Origin: Acidobacteriota bacterium
GTDB lineage: Bacteria > Acidobacteriota > UBA890 > WLXD01
NCBI GenBank assembly: GCA_963666055.2
Contig: CAXWPH010000015.1
Span: forward strand, 1,792,001-1,856,000
Reading direction: 5' to 3'
DNA: 64,000 bases
Positions 9,587 through 19,559 of this stretch are shown in pieces; the stretch's first letter is position 1, and the number at the start of each line of letters is the position of its first letter. Position numbers and translations under genes: made by a program. The notes below the pieces were generated by a model. The model searched no databases. It had not been told where the DNA came from and saw only the letters and a program-made list of their open reading frames with translations.

Positions 9587-10507
9587 ATGGACACATCCTT
9601 CAGAACACGACACCCGGGCGGCAACACCCCGGCCCTCGACGACTGGGGCATCAGCTCTGAGCACGGCGCTCTGCGGGACGTGCTGCTGGGGCCGCCGGAC
9701 AGCTTCTACTGGATGGCGGACAACGCTCAGTTCAGCTCGATCTCGCGCGCCACGCTGGAATCAGGCGAGGAGTTCGACCACGAGCTGGCGACGCGGCAGC
9801 ACGTCGAGATGGTGGATGCGTATCGATCCGCGGGAGTGACCGTGCACCTGCTCGAGGTCGACGAGTCCACCCCGTACCAGGTATACGCGCGCGACTCCAG
9901 CTTCATGACGCCCTACGGCGCCGTCGTCTGCCAGCTCGCCAACCCGCGAAGGCGCGGTGAGTACGCCTCGGTCCTGCGGTTCTATGCCAGCGCTGGGATC
10001 CCGCTCTACGACCTGGTGTCGGCGGGCAATTTCGAGGGCGGCGACTTCAACATCATCGGCCCCGACTGTGTGCTCATCGGCTATACCGGATTTCGCTGCG
10101 AGGAGGTCGCCGCAAAACAGATCGGCGGCTGGATGGAGGCTGAGGGCTGGGAGGTTCGCTACGCCCCGATCGACCCGTTCTACGTGCACATCGATCTGAT
10201 GGTCTGCATGCTGGCCGAGAAGGCATGCGCCGTGTGTCTGGAGACCACCGATCCGTCGATTGTGTCGTGGCTCGAGGGCAAGGGCATCGAGATCGTGCCG
10301 GTGAGCTTCCAGGACACCATGACGCTGGGCTGCAACGTAATGTCGCTGGGCGACGATCGCATCCTGTCGACCGCCGACAGCACCGACCTGAACGCGCGCC
10401 TGCGCGCCATGGGTTTCGAGGTCTACGATCCCGACGTGTCGATGTTCACCAAGGGCGGTGGTGGCGTGCACTGCATGGCGCAGCCGTTGCGGCGCGATCC
10501 TGTCTGA
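9587..10507 (+). CDS. Amidinotransferase/pentein family protein (DDAH/arginine deiminase-like)
   Basis: YARD, FEGGD, HID and C-terminal GGGGVHCM (catalytic Cys). Confidence 0.9.
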   Translation: MDTSFRTRHPGGNTPALDDWGISSEHGALRDVLLGPPDSFYWMADNAQFSSISRATLESGEEFDHELATRQHVEMVDAYRSAGVTVHLLEVDESTPYQVYARDSSFMTPYGAVVCQLANPRRRGEYASVLRFYASAGIPLYDLVSAGNFEGGDFNIIGPDCVLIGYTGFRCEEVAAKQIGGWMEAEGWEVRYAPIDPFYVHIDLMVCMLAEKACAVCLETTDPSIVSWLEGKGIEIVPVSFQDTMTLGCNVMSLGDDRILSTADSTDLNARLRAMGFEVYDPDVSMFTKGGGGVHCMAQPLRRDPV

Positions 10508-10635
10508 GCGGAGAGCGCCTGCCGAAACGACGCCCGGCAACTATCGCGGCGCCGACCTACGTCAACTGACTTCGATTCTCCACACCGCCGGCCAGCCTCT
10601 TATGATCAAGTCGAGCCGCGGAACGGGGGGAGGCA

Positions 10636-12960
10636 TTGGCCGGTAACCGAATGAAAGAACCGCAATATCTGCCGCCGGCGCTGCGAACGCTGGTGGGCGA
10701 TGTCCAGGCGATCCTCGGCGAGGTCGTGGCCGTGGCCGAGGGCGCCGAGCTCTACGAGATCATCGAGCGGGTGCGGCGCGACATGGTCGCGTTCCGCGAA
10801 GCTTCGAGTCGACGCGGGCGTGCCGGTGCGCTCGCGCGCGGCAGGCGACGGCTTGTCGCCCTCCCGGTAAAACGCCAGCTGCTGGTGGCTCGCGCCTACA
10901 CCCTTTACCTGGAGCTGGTGAACGTGTGCGAGAACGCCTTCCGGACCCATCGGCTGCGCGAACGCCGGCGCGCGCCGTCGGAGGCGCGGGCGTGCATGAC
11001 CTTCGTGCTGACGGCGCATCCCACCGAGTCGCGCTCGCCGGAGAACATCCGGCTGCTGCGCCGCGTCCAGGATCTGCTGGTGGAATCGCTGGAGGCGGGT
11101 CGACCCATCGACCGATCGCAGCTCGGCAACCTTCTCCAGCTCGCCTGGCGCGTCGGCACCCACCCGCCGCACAAGCCGACGGTCGAGGACGAGGCGGCGC
11201 ACCTGTACTCGCTACTCACCGACCCGATCCTCGACGAGATCGTCGCGCTCAACGCCTCGGGCCACCGGTTGCTGCTGCGCACCTGGGTCGGGGGCGACAA
11301 GGACGGGCATCCGGGCGTGGGAGCAGCCCAGAGCCGGGCGTCGCTGCAGCTCGCTCGGCAGCGATTTCTCGAGTTCGTGGAGACCGGCCTGATGGCGGCG
11401 GTTCGCGAGGACGCCGCGTTGCTCGGCAGCCTGCCGGTCGATCGGGCGCAGGCGGGCCTCGAAGAGGCGCTCGCAGCGGTCCGCAGGGTGAGGGCCGGCG
11501 ACGGCGGCCGCATCCTGAAGCTCCAGCGAAGCGTCCAGCGCTTCCAGTCGGCCTACCGGCGCCGTCTGTCGGCCGAGCAGCCGCAGGTGACGAGCCTGGC
11601 CACGCTGCTCGACGTCTTCCCCGCGCTCGTCGTGCCGCTGGAGCTGCGCGAGGAGCGCGGCCGGTTCGAGCGCGGCACCCCGATCGCCGCCATGCTGCGC
11701 ACTCTGGGTCGAATCGCCGACGGCGGGCAGGTCGACTGGTACGCGCGCGGCTGCGTGGTGAGCATGACGTCCGAGGGATCTGACCTGATTCAGGCGCAGC
11801 GCCTCGTGACGCGGATGCTTGGCCGGCCGCTCATCCCGGTGATCCCGCTCTTCGAGTTGCCCGAGGTGATCGCGCGGGCTCGCGTGATTCTCAGCGATGC
11901 CTGGACGGATCGTGAGTTCCGCTCCTGCGCACGTCGGCGGGGCCAGGTCGAGGTGATGCTTGGCTACTCCGACACGGCCAAGCGCATGGGCATGCTGGCC
12001 AGCCGAGTCGGGGTCCATCGAGCAATGCGCGAGCTGGGGGCCTGGGCCGAGCGGCAGGACGTGCGGATGGTTTTCTTCCATGGCTCCGGCGGCAGCGTCG
12101 GGCGGGGCGGGGGCACGATCGACGACCTGGCGGCGACCTGGCCGCCCGCCGCGCTTTCGCTGTACAAGCACACGCTCCAGGGGGAGATGATCGAGCGCAC
12201 CCTGGCGACACCGGAAATTCTCCGCAGTCTCGTGCACAAGGTGGCTTCGATCCAGACCGACCCGCCCGCCTATCGCGGCGTCGGCAAGCTCGCCGCCGAG
12301 CTGGCGGAAAGCTCGGAGCGCGTCTTCGCCGAGCTCGTCGGCTCCGAGACGTTCCACGACCTGCTCCGCGACGCGACGCCCTACGCGCGGCTCCAAGCGC
12401 TGACGATCGGCTCACGTCCCACGCGGCGCGCAGGCGCCGCCGAGAAGGCGGGTCTCGAGAAGCTGCGCGCCATTCCGTGGGTGCTATGCTGGACTCAGAC
12501 GCGGCTTCTGCTCCACGCCTGGCTCGGAATCGGCGAAGCGTGGAGCCGGCTGGCTGAATCGCGCGACGCCGTCAAGCGCCTGACCTCAGCGCGGCGCCGC
12601 GACCCGCTGCTGCGCAGCTACCTGCGCCTGCTGTCGTTCACCCTCGCCAAGACCGAGCCCGAGCTCTGGCTCGCCTATCGCCGGGCGCTGGCGCCGCGGG
12701 CGGTACGCAAGCTGGCGCGCAAGCTCGATGGCAGCTATGCCGCCGCCGTCGAGCTCGCCTGCTCAGCCACCTCCGAAGGCACCCTGCTGCCCGATCGACC
12801 TTGGCTCGAGGAATCGATCCACTACCGGGCGCCGATGATCCACCCGCTCAACTTGCTGCAGATCGAGCTGCTCTCGAAGCCGCGCTGGAGCCGCGCTGAG
12901 CAAAGCCTCTTCCGCGAAACCGTCACCGGCATCGCGTCCGGAATGCTCACGACGGGCTGA
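10636..12960 (+). CDS. ppc: Phosphoenolpyruvate carboxylase, short divergent form
   Basis: VLTAHPTE, WVGGDKDGHP, VMLGYSD, FHGSGGSVGRGGG, QGE, LRAIPWV, C-terminal GIASGMLTTG; GGAGG precedes the TTG start. Confidence 0.88.
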   Translation: MAGNRMKEPQYLPPALRTLVGDVQAILGEVVAVAEGAELYEIIERVRRDMVAFREASSRRGRAGALARGRRRLVALPVKRQLLVARAYTLYLELVNVCENAFRTHRLRERRRAPSEARACMTFVLTAHPTESRSPENIRLLRRVQDLLVESLEAGRPIDRSQLGNLLQLAWRVGTHPPHKPTVEDEAAHLYSLLTDPILDEIVALNASGHRLLLRTWVGGDKDGHPGVGAAQSRASLQLARQRFLEFVETGLMAAVREDAALLGSLPVDRAQAGLEEALAAVRRVRAGDGGRILKLQRSVQRFQSAYRRRLSAEQPQVTSLATLLDVFPALVVPLELREERGRFERGTPIAAMLRTLGRIADGGQVDWYARGCVVSMTSEGSDLIQAQRLVTRMLGRPLIPVIPLFELPEVIARARVILSDAWTDREFRSCARRRGQVEVMLGYSDTAKRMGMLASRVGVHRAMRELGAWAERQDVRMVFFHGSGGSVGRGGGTIDDLAATWPPAALSLYKHTLQGEMIERTLATPEILRSLVHKVASIQTDPPAYRGVGKLAAELAESSERVFAELVGSETFHDLLRDATPYARLQALTIGSRPTRRAGAAEKAGLEKLRAIPWVLCWTQTRLLLHAWLGIGEAWSRLAESRDAVKRLTSARRRDPLLRSYLRLLSFTLAKTEPELWLAYRRALAPRAVRKLARKLDGSYAAAVELACSATSEGTLLPDRPWLEESIHYRAPMIHPLNLLQIELLSKPRWSRAEQSLFRETVTGIASGMLTTG

Positions 12961-12970
12961 CGGCGTTCGC

Positions 12971-14896
12971 CTACTCCTCGTCGTCGGCGACCGCACCCGA
13001 TTTCACGATCGGCAGGATCACGTGCGACGGGTACTGCGCCGAGTGGTGGACGATCTGGTTGGCCACCACCCACTCGGTCTCGTCGTAGTTGTTGCCGCCG
13101 GTGTTGAGGTTGCGGTCGAAGCGCGGGAAGTCGCTGCTCGTCACGTCGACGCGGATCCGGTGCCCCTTGCCGAAGTAGTTGGACGACGAGTGCAGGTCGA
13201 GGCGGATCTCGTAGACCTCGCCTTCCTCCATCCAAACGGGTACCGAGTCGTTGTCGCGGTAGCGCACCCGGCGCGCGCCTTCCTGGATGTTGAAGGCGCG
13301 TCCATCCGGGTAGACGTCGACGAGCTTGAGCATGAAGTCGGTGTCCTTGGCGTCGGAGCCGACGTAGAGAACCGCGCTGATGTCGCCGCTCATCTCGAGG
13401 CCTTCCTCCAGCGGCTCGGACGTATAGACGAGGATGTCGGCGCGCATCTCGTTGTTCGACTGGTCATAGCTACCTGAACCGTCAGGCAGGCCCGTGCAGC
13501 AGGTGTTGCCGCCGCGCGTCGGCACCGGAGTGCCCGGATCGTAGGTGTAGCGATCGGCCGGCTGATCGCCGCTCGGCGCGCTCCAAGACAGCGTGCCGTC
13601 GCCGAAGCGGCTGTTGGCGCGGCCGTCCGACTGCAGGAAGATCTTGGTATCGGTGGTCCCCTGCGGCGGCCACACTTCCGACTCGCGCCACTCGTTGGCG
13701 CCCATCAGGTAGTACTGCACCCGCGGCATGTCGGTGATGCCGTTGTCCTCACCGTCGAGCCAGTGCGACATCCAGCGCATGTAGATGTCGAGGAAGTCCT
13801 TGCGGGCGTCGCCGAGCTCACGCTCGCCGATGATGGTGTTCTCGGTGGCGCGGGTCCAGCCGCAGTGGGTCGACGGGGCGACGATGACGAACTGGTTGCT
13901 GCGGGCGTGCTCGCTGACCGCATTGTCGCGCATCTGGTTGAACATCGTCAGCGTCTCGTCGACGCCGAAGTCGTACCAGGAATCGATGTACAGCGCCGGT
14001 ACGTCGAAGGTGTCGTCGGAGCGGATGAAATCGTTGTCGTAGAAGTAATCAGACTCGGGCGGGTTGGTGAGGTACTCCTCGTAGTCGGTGTGCGTCATGC
14101 CGGTGTTCTTGACGAGGTCGATCACCGGTAGAGCGTCGAAGGCGCCGACGCGGCTGCGGCGGCCGCCACCTTCGGCGCCACGACGAGGGTCGGCGTAGTT
14201 CTCGAACTTGCGCGCCATCTCGCCCTTGAACCACTCCTCGCGGTCGACCCAATCCGGTGGCTGCAGGAACACTTTGCTACCGGCGCCCATGAACCAGCCG
14301 GCGGTCTGCGCCAGCTCGAACACGCCGCCGTCGTAGGACGCCCAGGGCCGCCCCGGTGGGTAGTAGGCCGACGAGGGCGCCGCGGGTATCGCGGCGATGT
14401 GATTGGGGTGCTTGGAAGCCGCCAGCGCCAGCTGCGTCTCGCCTAGGTACGAGCAGCCGAAGCTGGCCACCTTCTGGTTGGACCACGACTGGTTGATCAT
14501 CCACTCCACTGTGTCGTAGCCGTCCTCGCGGTCGGAATAGCGCAACCGGTAGTTGCCTTCAGACTCGTAGCGGCCACGGATGTCCTGCACCGCCACCACG
14601 TAGCCCTTGTCGACGAACATCGAAACGGTGGTGCCTCGGCCACTGTTCTCCTTGTTGTAGGGCGTCCGGATGAGGACGGTGGAGCGCGGACCCTCGGCAC
14701 CAACGGGGAAATAGATGTCGGTCGACAGCCGTACGCCATCGCGCATCGGCACCATGTTGCTGCGGTCCCGACGCACCTCGTAGCCGTCCTGGGAGGCACC
14801 CTCGGAGGCCCAGCCAGCAGCACCACCGGGCACCGATAGGGAAATGACCAACACTGCGATCGCGATCAGGGACCAGCTTGCTTTCTTTCCACGCAC
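12971..14896 (-). CDS. Secreted CocE/NonD-family serine hydrolase (paralog 1)
   Basis: MVPMRDGVRLSTD, LIRTPY, QDIRGRYESEG, GCSYLG, FPRFDRNLNTG; GGAGG RBS before GTG at 14896; signal peptide. Confidence 0.9.
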   Translation of the reverse strand: MRGKKASWSLIAIAVLVISLSVPGGAAGWASEGASQDGYEVRRDRSNMVPMRDGVRLSTDIYFPVGAEGPRSTVLIRTPYNKENSGRGTTVSMFVDKGYVVAVQDIRGRYESEGNYRLRYSDREDGYDTVEWMINQSWSNQKVASFGCSYLGETQLALAASKHPNHIAAIPAAPSSAYYPPGRPWASYDGGVFELAQTAGWFMGAGSKVFLQPPDWVDREEWFKGEMARKFENYADPRRGAEGGGRRSRVGAFDALPVIDLVKNTGMTHTDYEEYLTNPPESDYFYDNDFIRSDDTFDVPALYIDSWYDFGVDETLTMFNQMRDNAVSEHARSNQFVIVAPSTHCGWTRATENTIIGERELGDARKDFLDIYMRWMSHWLDGEDNGITDMPRVQYYLMGANEWRESEVWPPQGTTDTKIFLQSDGRANSRFGDGTLSWSAPSGDQPADRYTYDPGTPVPTRGGNTCCTGLPDGSGSYDQSNNEMRADILVYTSEPLEEGLEMSGDISAVLYVGSDAKDTDFMLKLVDVYPDGRAFNIQEGARRVRYRDNDSVPVWMEEGEVYEIRLDLHSSSNYFGKGHRIRVDVTSSDFPRFDRNLNTGGNNYDETEWVVANQIVHHSAQYPSHVILPIVKSGAVADDEE

Positions 14897-14998
14897 AGGT
14901 GCCTCCGGAGGCGAGGTGATTCGGGCAGACACAGATCGGCTGGCGGATCTGTATCACGTTCGCCGCCGCGTGTAGAGGGGCAGCGAGGTTGCCGCCGG

Positions 14999-16945
14999 CT
15001 AGTTTTCGTCGTCGGCCACCGCTCCCGATTTCACGATCGGCAAGATCACGTGCGACGGGTACTCAGCGGAGTGGTGCACGATCTGATTCGCCAGCACCCA
15101 CTCGGTCTCGTCGTAGTTGTTGCCACCGGTGTTCAGGTTGCGGCTCCAGCGCGGAAAATTGGAGCTCGATACCTCGACACGGATGCGGTGGCCCTTGGCG
15201 AAATAGTTGGACGCGGCATGCAGGTCCAGTTGAATCTCGTACACCTCGCCCGCTTCCATCCACACCGGGACGGAAAGATTGTCGCGGTAGCGCATCCGCC
15301 GCGCGCCCTCCTGGATGTTGAAGGCACGACCATCCGGATACACGTCTACCAGCTTCAGTGTGAAGTCGGTGTCCTTCGCATCGGAGCCTACGTACAGCAC
15401 CGCGCCGAGATCACCGGTGACCTCGATGCCTTCCTCGAGCGGCTCGGAGGTGTAGACCAAGATGTCGGCACGCATCTCGTTGGTCGACTGGTCGTAGCCG
15501 CCGGAGCCCTCGGGAAACCCGGTGCAGCAGGTGTTGCCGCCCCGGGTGGGGACGGGCGTCGCCGGATCGTAGGTGAAGCGATCGGCCGGCTGATCGCCGG
15601 AGGGCACTGACCACGACAGCGTGCCGTCGCCGAAGCGGCTGTTGGCGCGACCCCCCGACTGCAGGTAGATCTTCTCGCTCGTCGTGCCCGAAGGCGGCCA
15701 GTAGTCGTCGCTGCGCCACTCGTTGGCGCCCATCAGGTAGTACTGCACCCGCGGCATGTCGGTGATGCCGTTGTCGTCGCCCTTGAGCCAGTGGGCCATC
15801 CAACGCATGTAGATGTCCTGGAAGTCCTTGCGCGCATCGCCCAACTCACGCTCGCCGACGATGGTGTTCTCCGTGGCGCGCTCCCAGCCGCAGTGGGTCG
15901 AGGGGGCAACGATAACGAACTGGTTTCTGCGCGCCCGCTCGCTCACCGCCTTGTCGCGCATCTGGTTGAACATCGTCAGCGTGTCGTCGACGCCGAAGTC
16001 GTACCAGGAGTCGATGTAGAGCGCCGGCACGTCGAAGGTGTCGTTGGAGCGTATGAAGTCGTTGTCGTAGAAGTAGTCCGACTCCGGCGGGTTGGAGGCG
16101 TATTCCTCGTAGTCCGTGTGGGTCATGCCCCGGTTCTTGACGATGTCGACGATCGGCAGATGCTGGTACGCCTGGAAGGCATTCTCGCGACCGGCGTCCG
16201 GATAGACCATGAACTTGCGCGCCATATCGCCCTTGAACCACTCCTCGCGATCGATGTGGTCCGGCGGCTGCATGAACACCGTCGTGCCGCTGTTGAGGAA
16301 CCAGCCGGCGGTCTGCGCCAGCTCGAACACGCCCCCGTCGAACGACGACCACGGCCGCCCCGGAGCGTAGTACGCGGCCGACGGCGCCTGCGGCATCGCC
16401 GCGATGTGGTTCGGATGCTTGGCAGCCGAGAGCGCCAGCTGCGTCTCGCCCAGATATGAGCAACCGAAGGTGGCGACCTTCTGGTCCGACCACGGCTGGT
16501 TGATCAGCCACTCGACGGTGTCGTAGCCGTCGTCGCGGTCCGAGTAACGCACCCGGTATCGCCCCTCCGATTCGAAGCGGCCGCGGATGTCCTGCACCAC
16601 GACCACGTACCCCTCGGAAACGAACGTCGGGATCCAGCCGGGGTCGTCGGCCAACCGAGTGCGGCGATAAGGGTAGGTGTTCTCCTTGTTGTAGGGAGTG
16701 CGGATCAGGATCGTGGAAAGCGGCCCCTCGGCGCCGTCCGGAAAGTAGATGTCGGTCGACAGGAGCGCCCCGTCGCGCATCGGCACCATGTTGCTGCGGT
16801 CCTTGCGTACCTCGTAGCCGCCTTCGTGACCCTCCTGTCCGGAAGCCGGGGCAGCCGACCATCCTGCGGCGCCGCCGGGAGTGGCCAGCGCGATGGCGAG
16901 CGCGGCGATTACGATCACGGACCAGCTTGCCTTCTTTCCAGGCAC
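14999..16945 (-). CDS. Secreted CocE/NonD-family serine hydrolase (paralog 2)
   Basis: Same motifs as paralog 1; GGAGG RBS before GTG at 16945; signal peptide. Confidence 0.9.
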   Translation of the reverse strand: MPGKKASWSVIVIAALAIALATPGGAAGWSAAPASGQEGHEGGYEVRKDRSNMVPMRDGALLSTDIYFPDGAEGPLSTILIRTPYNKENTYPYRRTRLADDPGWIPTFVSEGYVVVVQDIRGRFESEGRYRVRYSDRDDGYDTVEWLINQPWSDQKVATFGCSYLGETQLALSAAKHPNHIAAMPQAPSAAYYAPGRPWSSFDGGVFELAQTAGWFLNSGTTVFMQPPDHIDREEWFKGDMARKFMVYPDAGRENAFQAYQHLPIVDIVKNRGMTHTDYEEYASNPPESDYFYDNDFIRSNDTFDVPALYIDSWYDFGVDDTLTMFNQMRDKAVSERARRNQFVIVAPSTHCGWERATENTIVGERELGDARKDFQDIYMRWMAHWLKGDDNGITDMPRVQYYLMGANEWRSDDYWPPSGTTSEKIYLQSGGRANSRFGDGTLSWSVPSGDQPADRFTYDPATPVPTRGGNTCCTGFPEGSGGYDQSTNEMRADILVYTSEPLEEGIEVTGDLGAVLYVGSDAKDTDFTLKLVDVYPDGRAFNIQEGARRMRYRDNLSVPVWMEAGEVYEIQLDLHAASNYFAKGHRIRVEVSSSNFPRWSRNLNTGGNNYDETEWVLANQIVHHSAEYPSHVILPIVKSGAVADDEN

Positions 16946-17109
16946 GGGTGCCTCCGGAGTCGAGTGGGTCGAGCGCACGATTGGATGGTGGATCTGTACC
17001 ACGTTCTGCGTCGAGGTTGGAGGGGTGCTTGCGTACTACCCGCCCTCGCCGAGGCGTGCCGGGCCTCACGATCGGAAGAGACCGATCACGGGGTACATCC
17101 AAACGCGCT

Positions 17110-17931
17110 TCAGTCGAAGTCTGCGAATCGCGCGTCGCGCCAGGCGATCGCTGCCTTGAGGCCGTCTTTGCGGGCGATGGCCATGAACTCCTCGCGTTCC
17201 GGCACCACCGCGGCCTCGATGAGCACGCCCATGTCGTGGGAGTCGCCGAGCGCCTCGCGCATACCCATGATGTCGTAGGTACGGTTGATCGCCTTCTTGG
17301 TGGTGGTCATCGAGAAGGGATCGATGACCGCTATCTTGCGCGCCATCTGCAGCGCCGCCTCGAGGTGCTCGCCCTCGGGGACCACCTTGTTGATGAGCCC
17401 CATCTCCAGGCAACGCTGCGCCGACACGCGATCGTCGCCGGTCATGTACAGCTCCTTGGCCTGCTTGGGCCCGGTGAGCCAGGGCAGCAGCATCACCACC
17501 ACGCCGGCCCCGAAGCGCAGGTCGGGCTCGCCGAGCTTGAAGGTCTCGTCGGCAACGGTGAGGTCACAGGCAAGCGCGAGCTCGCAGCCGCCGGCGATGG
17601 CGTAGCCGTGCACCGCCGAGATCGTCGGCTTGGGGAAGTTCCAGAAGCGCATGATGGAGTCAAAGTCACGCTGCAGCGGCGGCGCTAAGTCGACAACGTT
17701 GGCGCTCCCCGAAGAATCGGCCTCGTCCTTCAAGTCGAAGCCGGAGCAGAAAGAGCGCCCGGCGCCATGCAGGACGACCACCCGCACGTCGGCGTCCTTC
17801 TCGATCTGGTCGAGCACCGCGTCGAGGTCGTCGAGCAGCTGCGCGTTCATGGCATTGAGCACCTGCGGCCGGTTCAACGTGATGATGCCGATGGCGCCGC
17901 GGCGCTCGTACTCGATGGTCTCGAAGGCCAT
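17110..17931 (-). CDS. Enoyl-CoA hydratase/isomerase family protein
   Basis: ITLNRPQVLNA, FCSGFDL, GYAIAGGCELALACD. Confidence 0.92.
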   Translation of the reverse strand: MAFETIEYERRGAIGIITLNRPQVLNAMNAQLLDDLDAVLDQIEKDADVRVVVLHGAGRSFCSGFDLKDEADSSGSANVVDLAPPLQRDFDSIMRFWNFPKPTISAVHGYAIAGGCELALACDLTVADETFKLGEPDLRFGAGVVVMLLPWLTGPKQAKELYMTGDDRVSAQRCLEMGLINKVVPEGEHLEAALQMARKIAVIDPFSMTTTKKAINRTYDIMGMREALGDSHDMGVLIEAAVVPEREEFMAIARKDGLKAAIAWRDARFADFD

Positions 17932-18008
17932 TGGCTCGTCCTGTTCATGTATGCGGTCTGCAGGCGCGCGACGCGCGTCAACCGCGGCGAATAATCGGGC
18001 GCGCGGCG

Positions 18009-19527
18009 CTATCCGTGACGGATCCAGGCCGATTTCGTGTCCGTATAGTTCAGCAGGCTCTCAAAGCACTTGTCCTTGGCGTTGCCGGACTGCTTCATGC
18101 CGCCGAACGGCTGCGTCATGTCGCCCTCGTCGAAGCAGTTGACCCAGATGACCCCGGCCTCGATGTCGCGGATGAGCCGATGCGCGGTGTTCAGGTCGCG
18201 CGTCCAGATGCCAGCTGCCAGCCCGTAGACGGTGTCGTTGGCCACCGCCAACGCCTCCTCGACGCCGTCGACCGGGATCACCCCGGTCACCGGCCCGAAG
18301 ATCTCCTCGCGGGCGATCTTCATGTCGTTGTTGACGCCGGTGAACAGGGTCGGGTTGACGAACGCACCGGCAGCCAAGTCGCCGTCCGGCACATCGCCGC
18401 CGAACTCCACCTTGGCGCCCTCGTCCTTGCCGGCCTCGATGTAGCCGAGCACGCGCTGCTGCGCTTCCGCCGTCACCAGCGGGCCCATGTTGGTATCGGG
18501 ATCGAGTGGGTCGCCGGGCTTGTAGGCGTCGCGGCCGGCGGCAACGAACTGCTCGACGAACTCATCGTGGATGGAACGGTCCACCAGCAGCCGCGAGCCG
18601 GCGTTACACACTTCACCCATGTTGGCGAAAACGCCGTTGAACGCTGCCGACACCGCTTGCTCCATGTCAGGCAGGTCACCCATGAAGATCTGTGGGTGTC
18701 TTGCCGCCGCATTCCAGGGAGACGCGCTTCATGTTCGACTGCCCGGCGTACGTCAGGATCAGCTTGCCGACCTCGGTCGACCCGGTGAAGGTGATCTTGG
18801 CGACGTCGCCATGTAGCGCCAGCGCCTTGCCGGCAACTTCGCCCATACCGTTGACGACGTTGAACACCCCCGGCGGGCCACCAGCCTCGACGAACAGCTC
18901 GGCGAGCCGGATGCAGCTCAGCGGTGACTGCTCGGCCGGCTTGAGCACCACCGAGTTGCCGGCCGCCAGTGCCGGCGCCACCTTCCAGGTAGCCATCAAC
19001 AGCGGGTAGTTCCACGGCGAGATCGCGCCCACCACGCCAAGCGGCTGGCGCAACGTGTAGTGCAGCACATCGAACTCGGTGGCAGTCACCGTGCTCTCGA
19101 TCTTGTCGATGCACTCGCCGAAGTACTGGAACGTCTCGACGCAGGCCGGCAGGTCGACGGAGATCACATCGGCGATGGGCTTGCCCATGTCGAGCGTCTC
19201 GAGCACCGCGAGCTCCTCGGAGTGCTCGTCGATAAGCGCGGCGAGGTTGTAGAGCACCTGCATGCGCTGGCGCGGTGCCATGCGCGCCCAGGAGCCGGAG
19301 CGGTAGGCGCGCAGCGCCGAGGCTACGGCAGCATCGATATCCTCTTCGGTACCCGCGGCGACCTCGGCGAACACCTCGCCGGTGGTCGGGTTGATGCTCT
19401 CGAAGCGGCCTCCGCGGATGGCGTCGACGTGCTCGCCGTCGATGAACAGCCGCACCTCGGGGGTCACAGCGTCGGCAACAGTGCGCCACTGGGCGCGATC
19501 GTACGTCTCGAGTGTGCTCAGGGACAC
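18009..19527 (-). pseudogene. Aldehyde dehydrogenase (PuuC-like), split by a +1 frameshift near 18695 (probably an assembly error)
   Basis: PWNYP, KPAEQSP, FTGSTEVG, LECGGKT in one frame; NMGEVCNAG, EEIFGPV, PFGGMKQSG in the next; removing one base from GGG at 18694-18696 restores GKTPQIFMGD. Confidence 0.88.
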
Positions 19528-19559
19528 GACACCTCTCCTTCGTTGCTGGCAGTTCGCCG

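Noticed and set aside
18676-18700. TGA in the ALDH as selenocysteine or programmed frameshift
   Set aside because: The halves are in different frames, there is no slippery heptamer, and a single-base deletion repairs the gene
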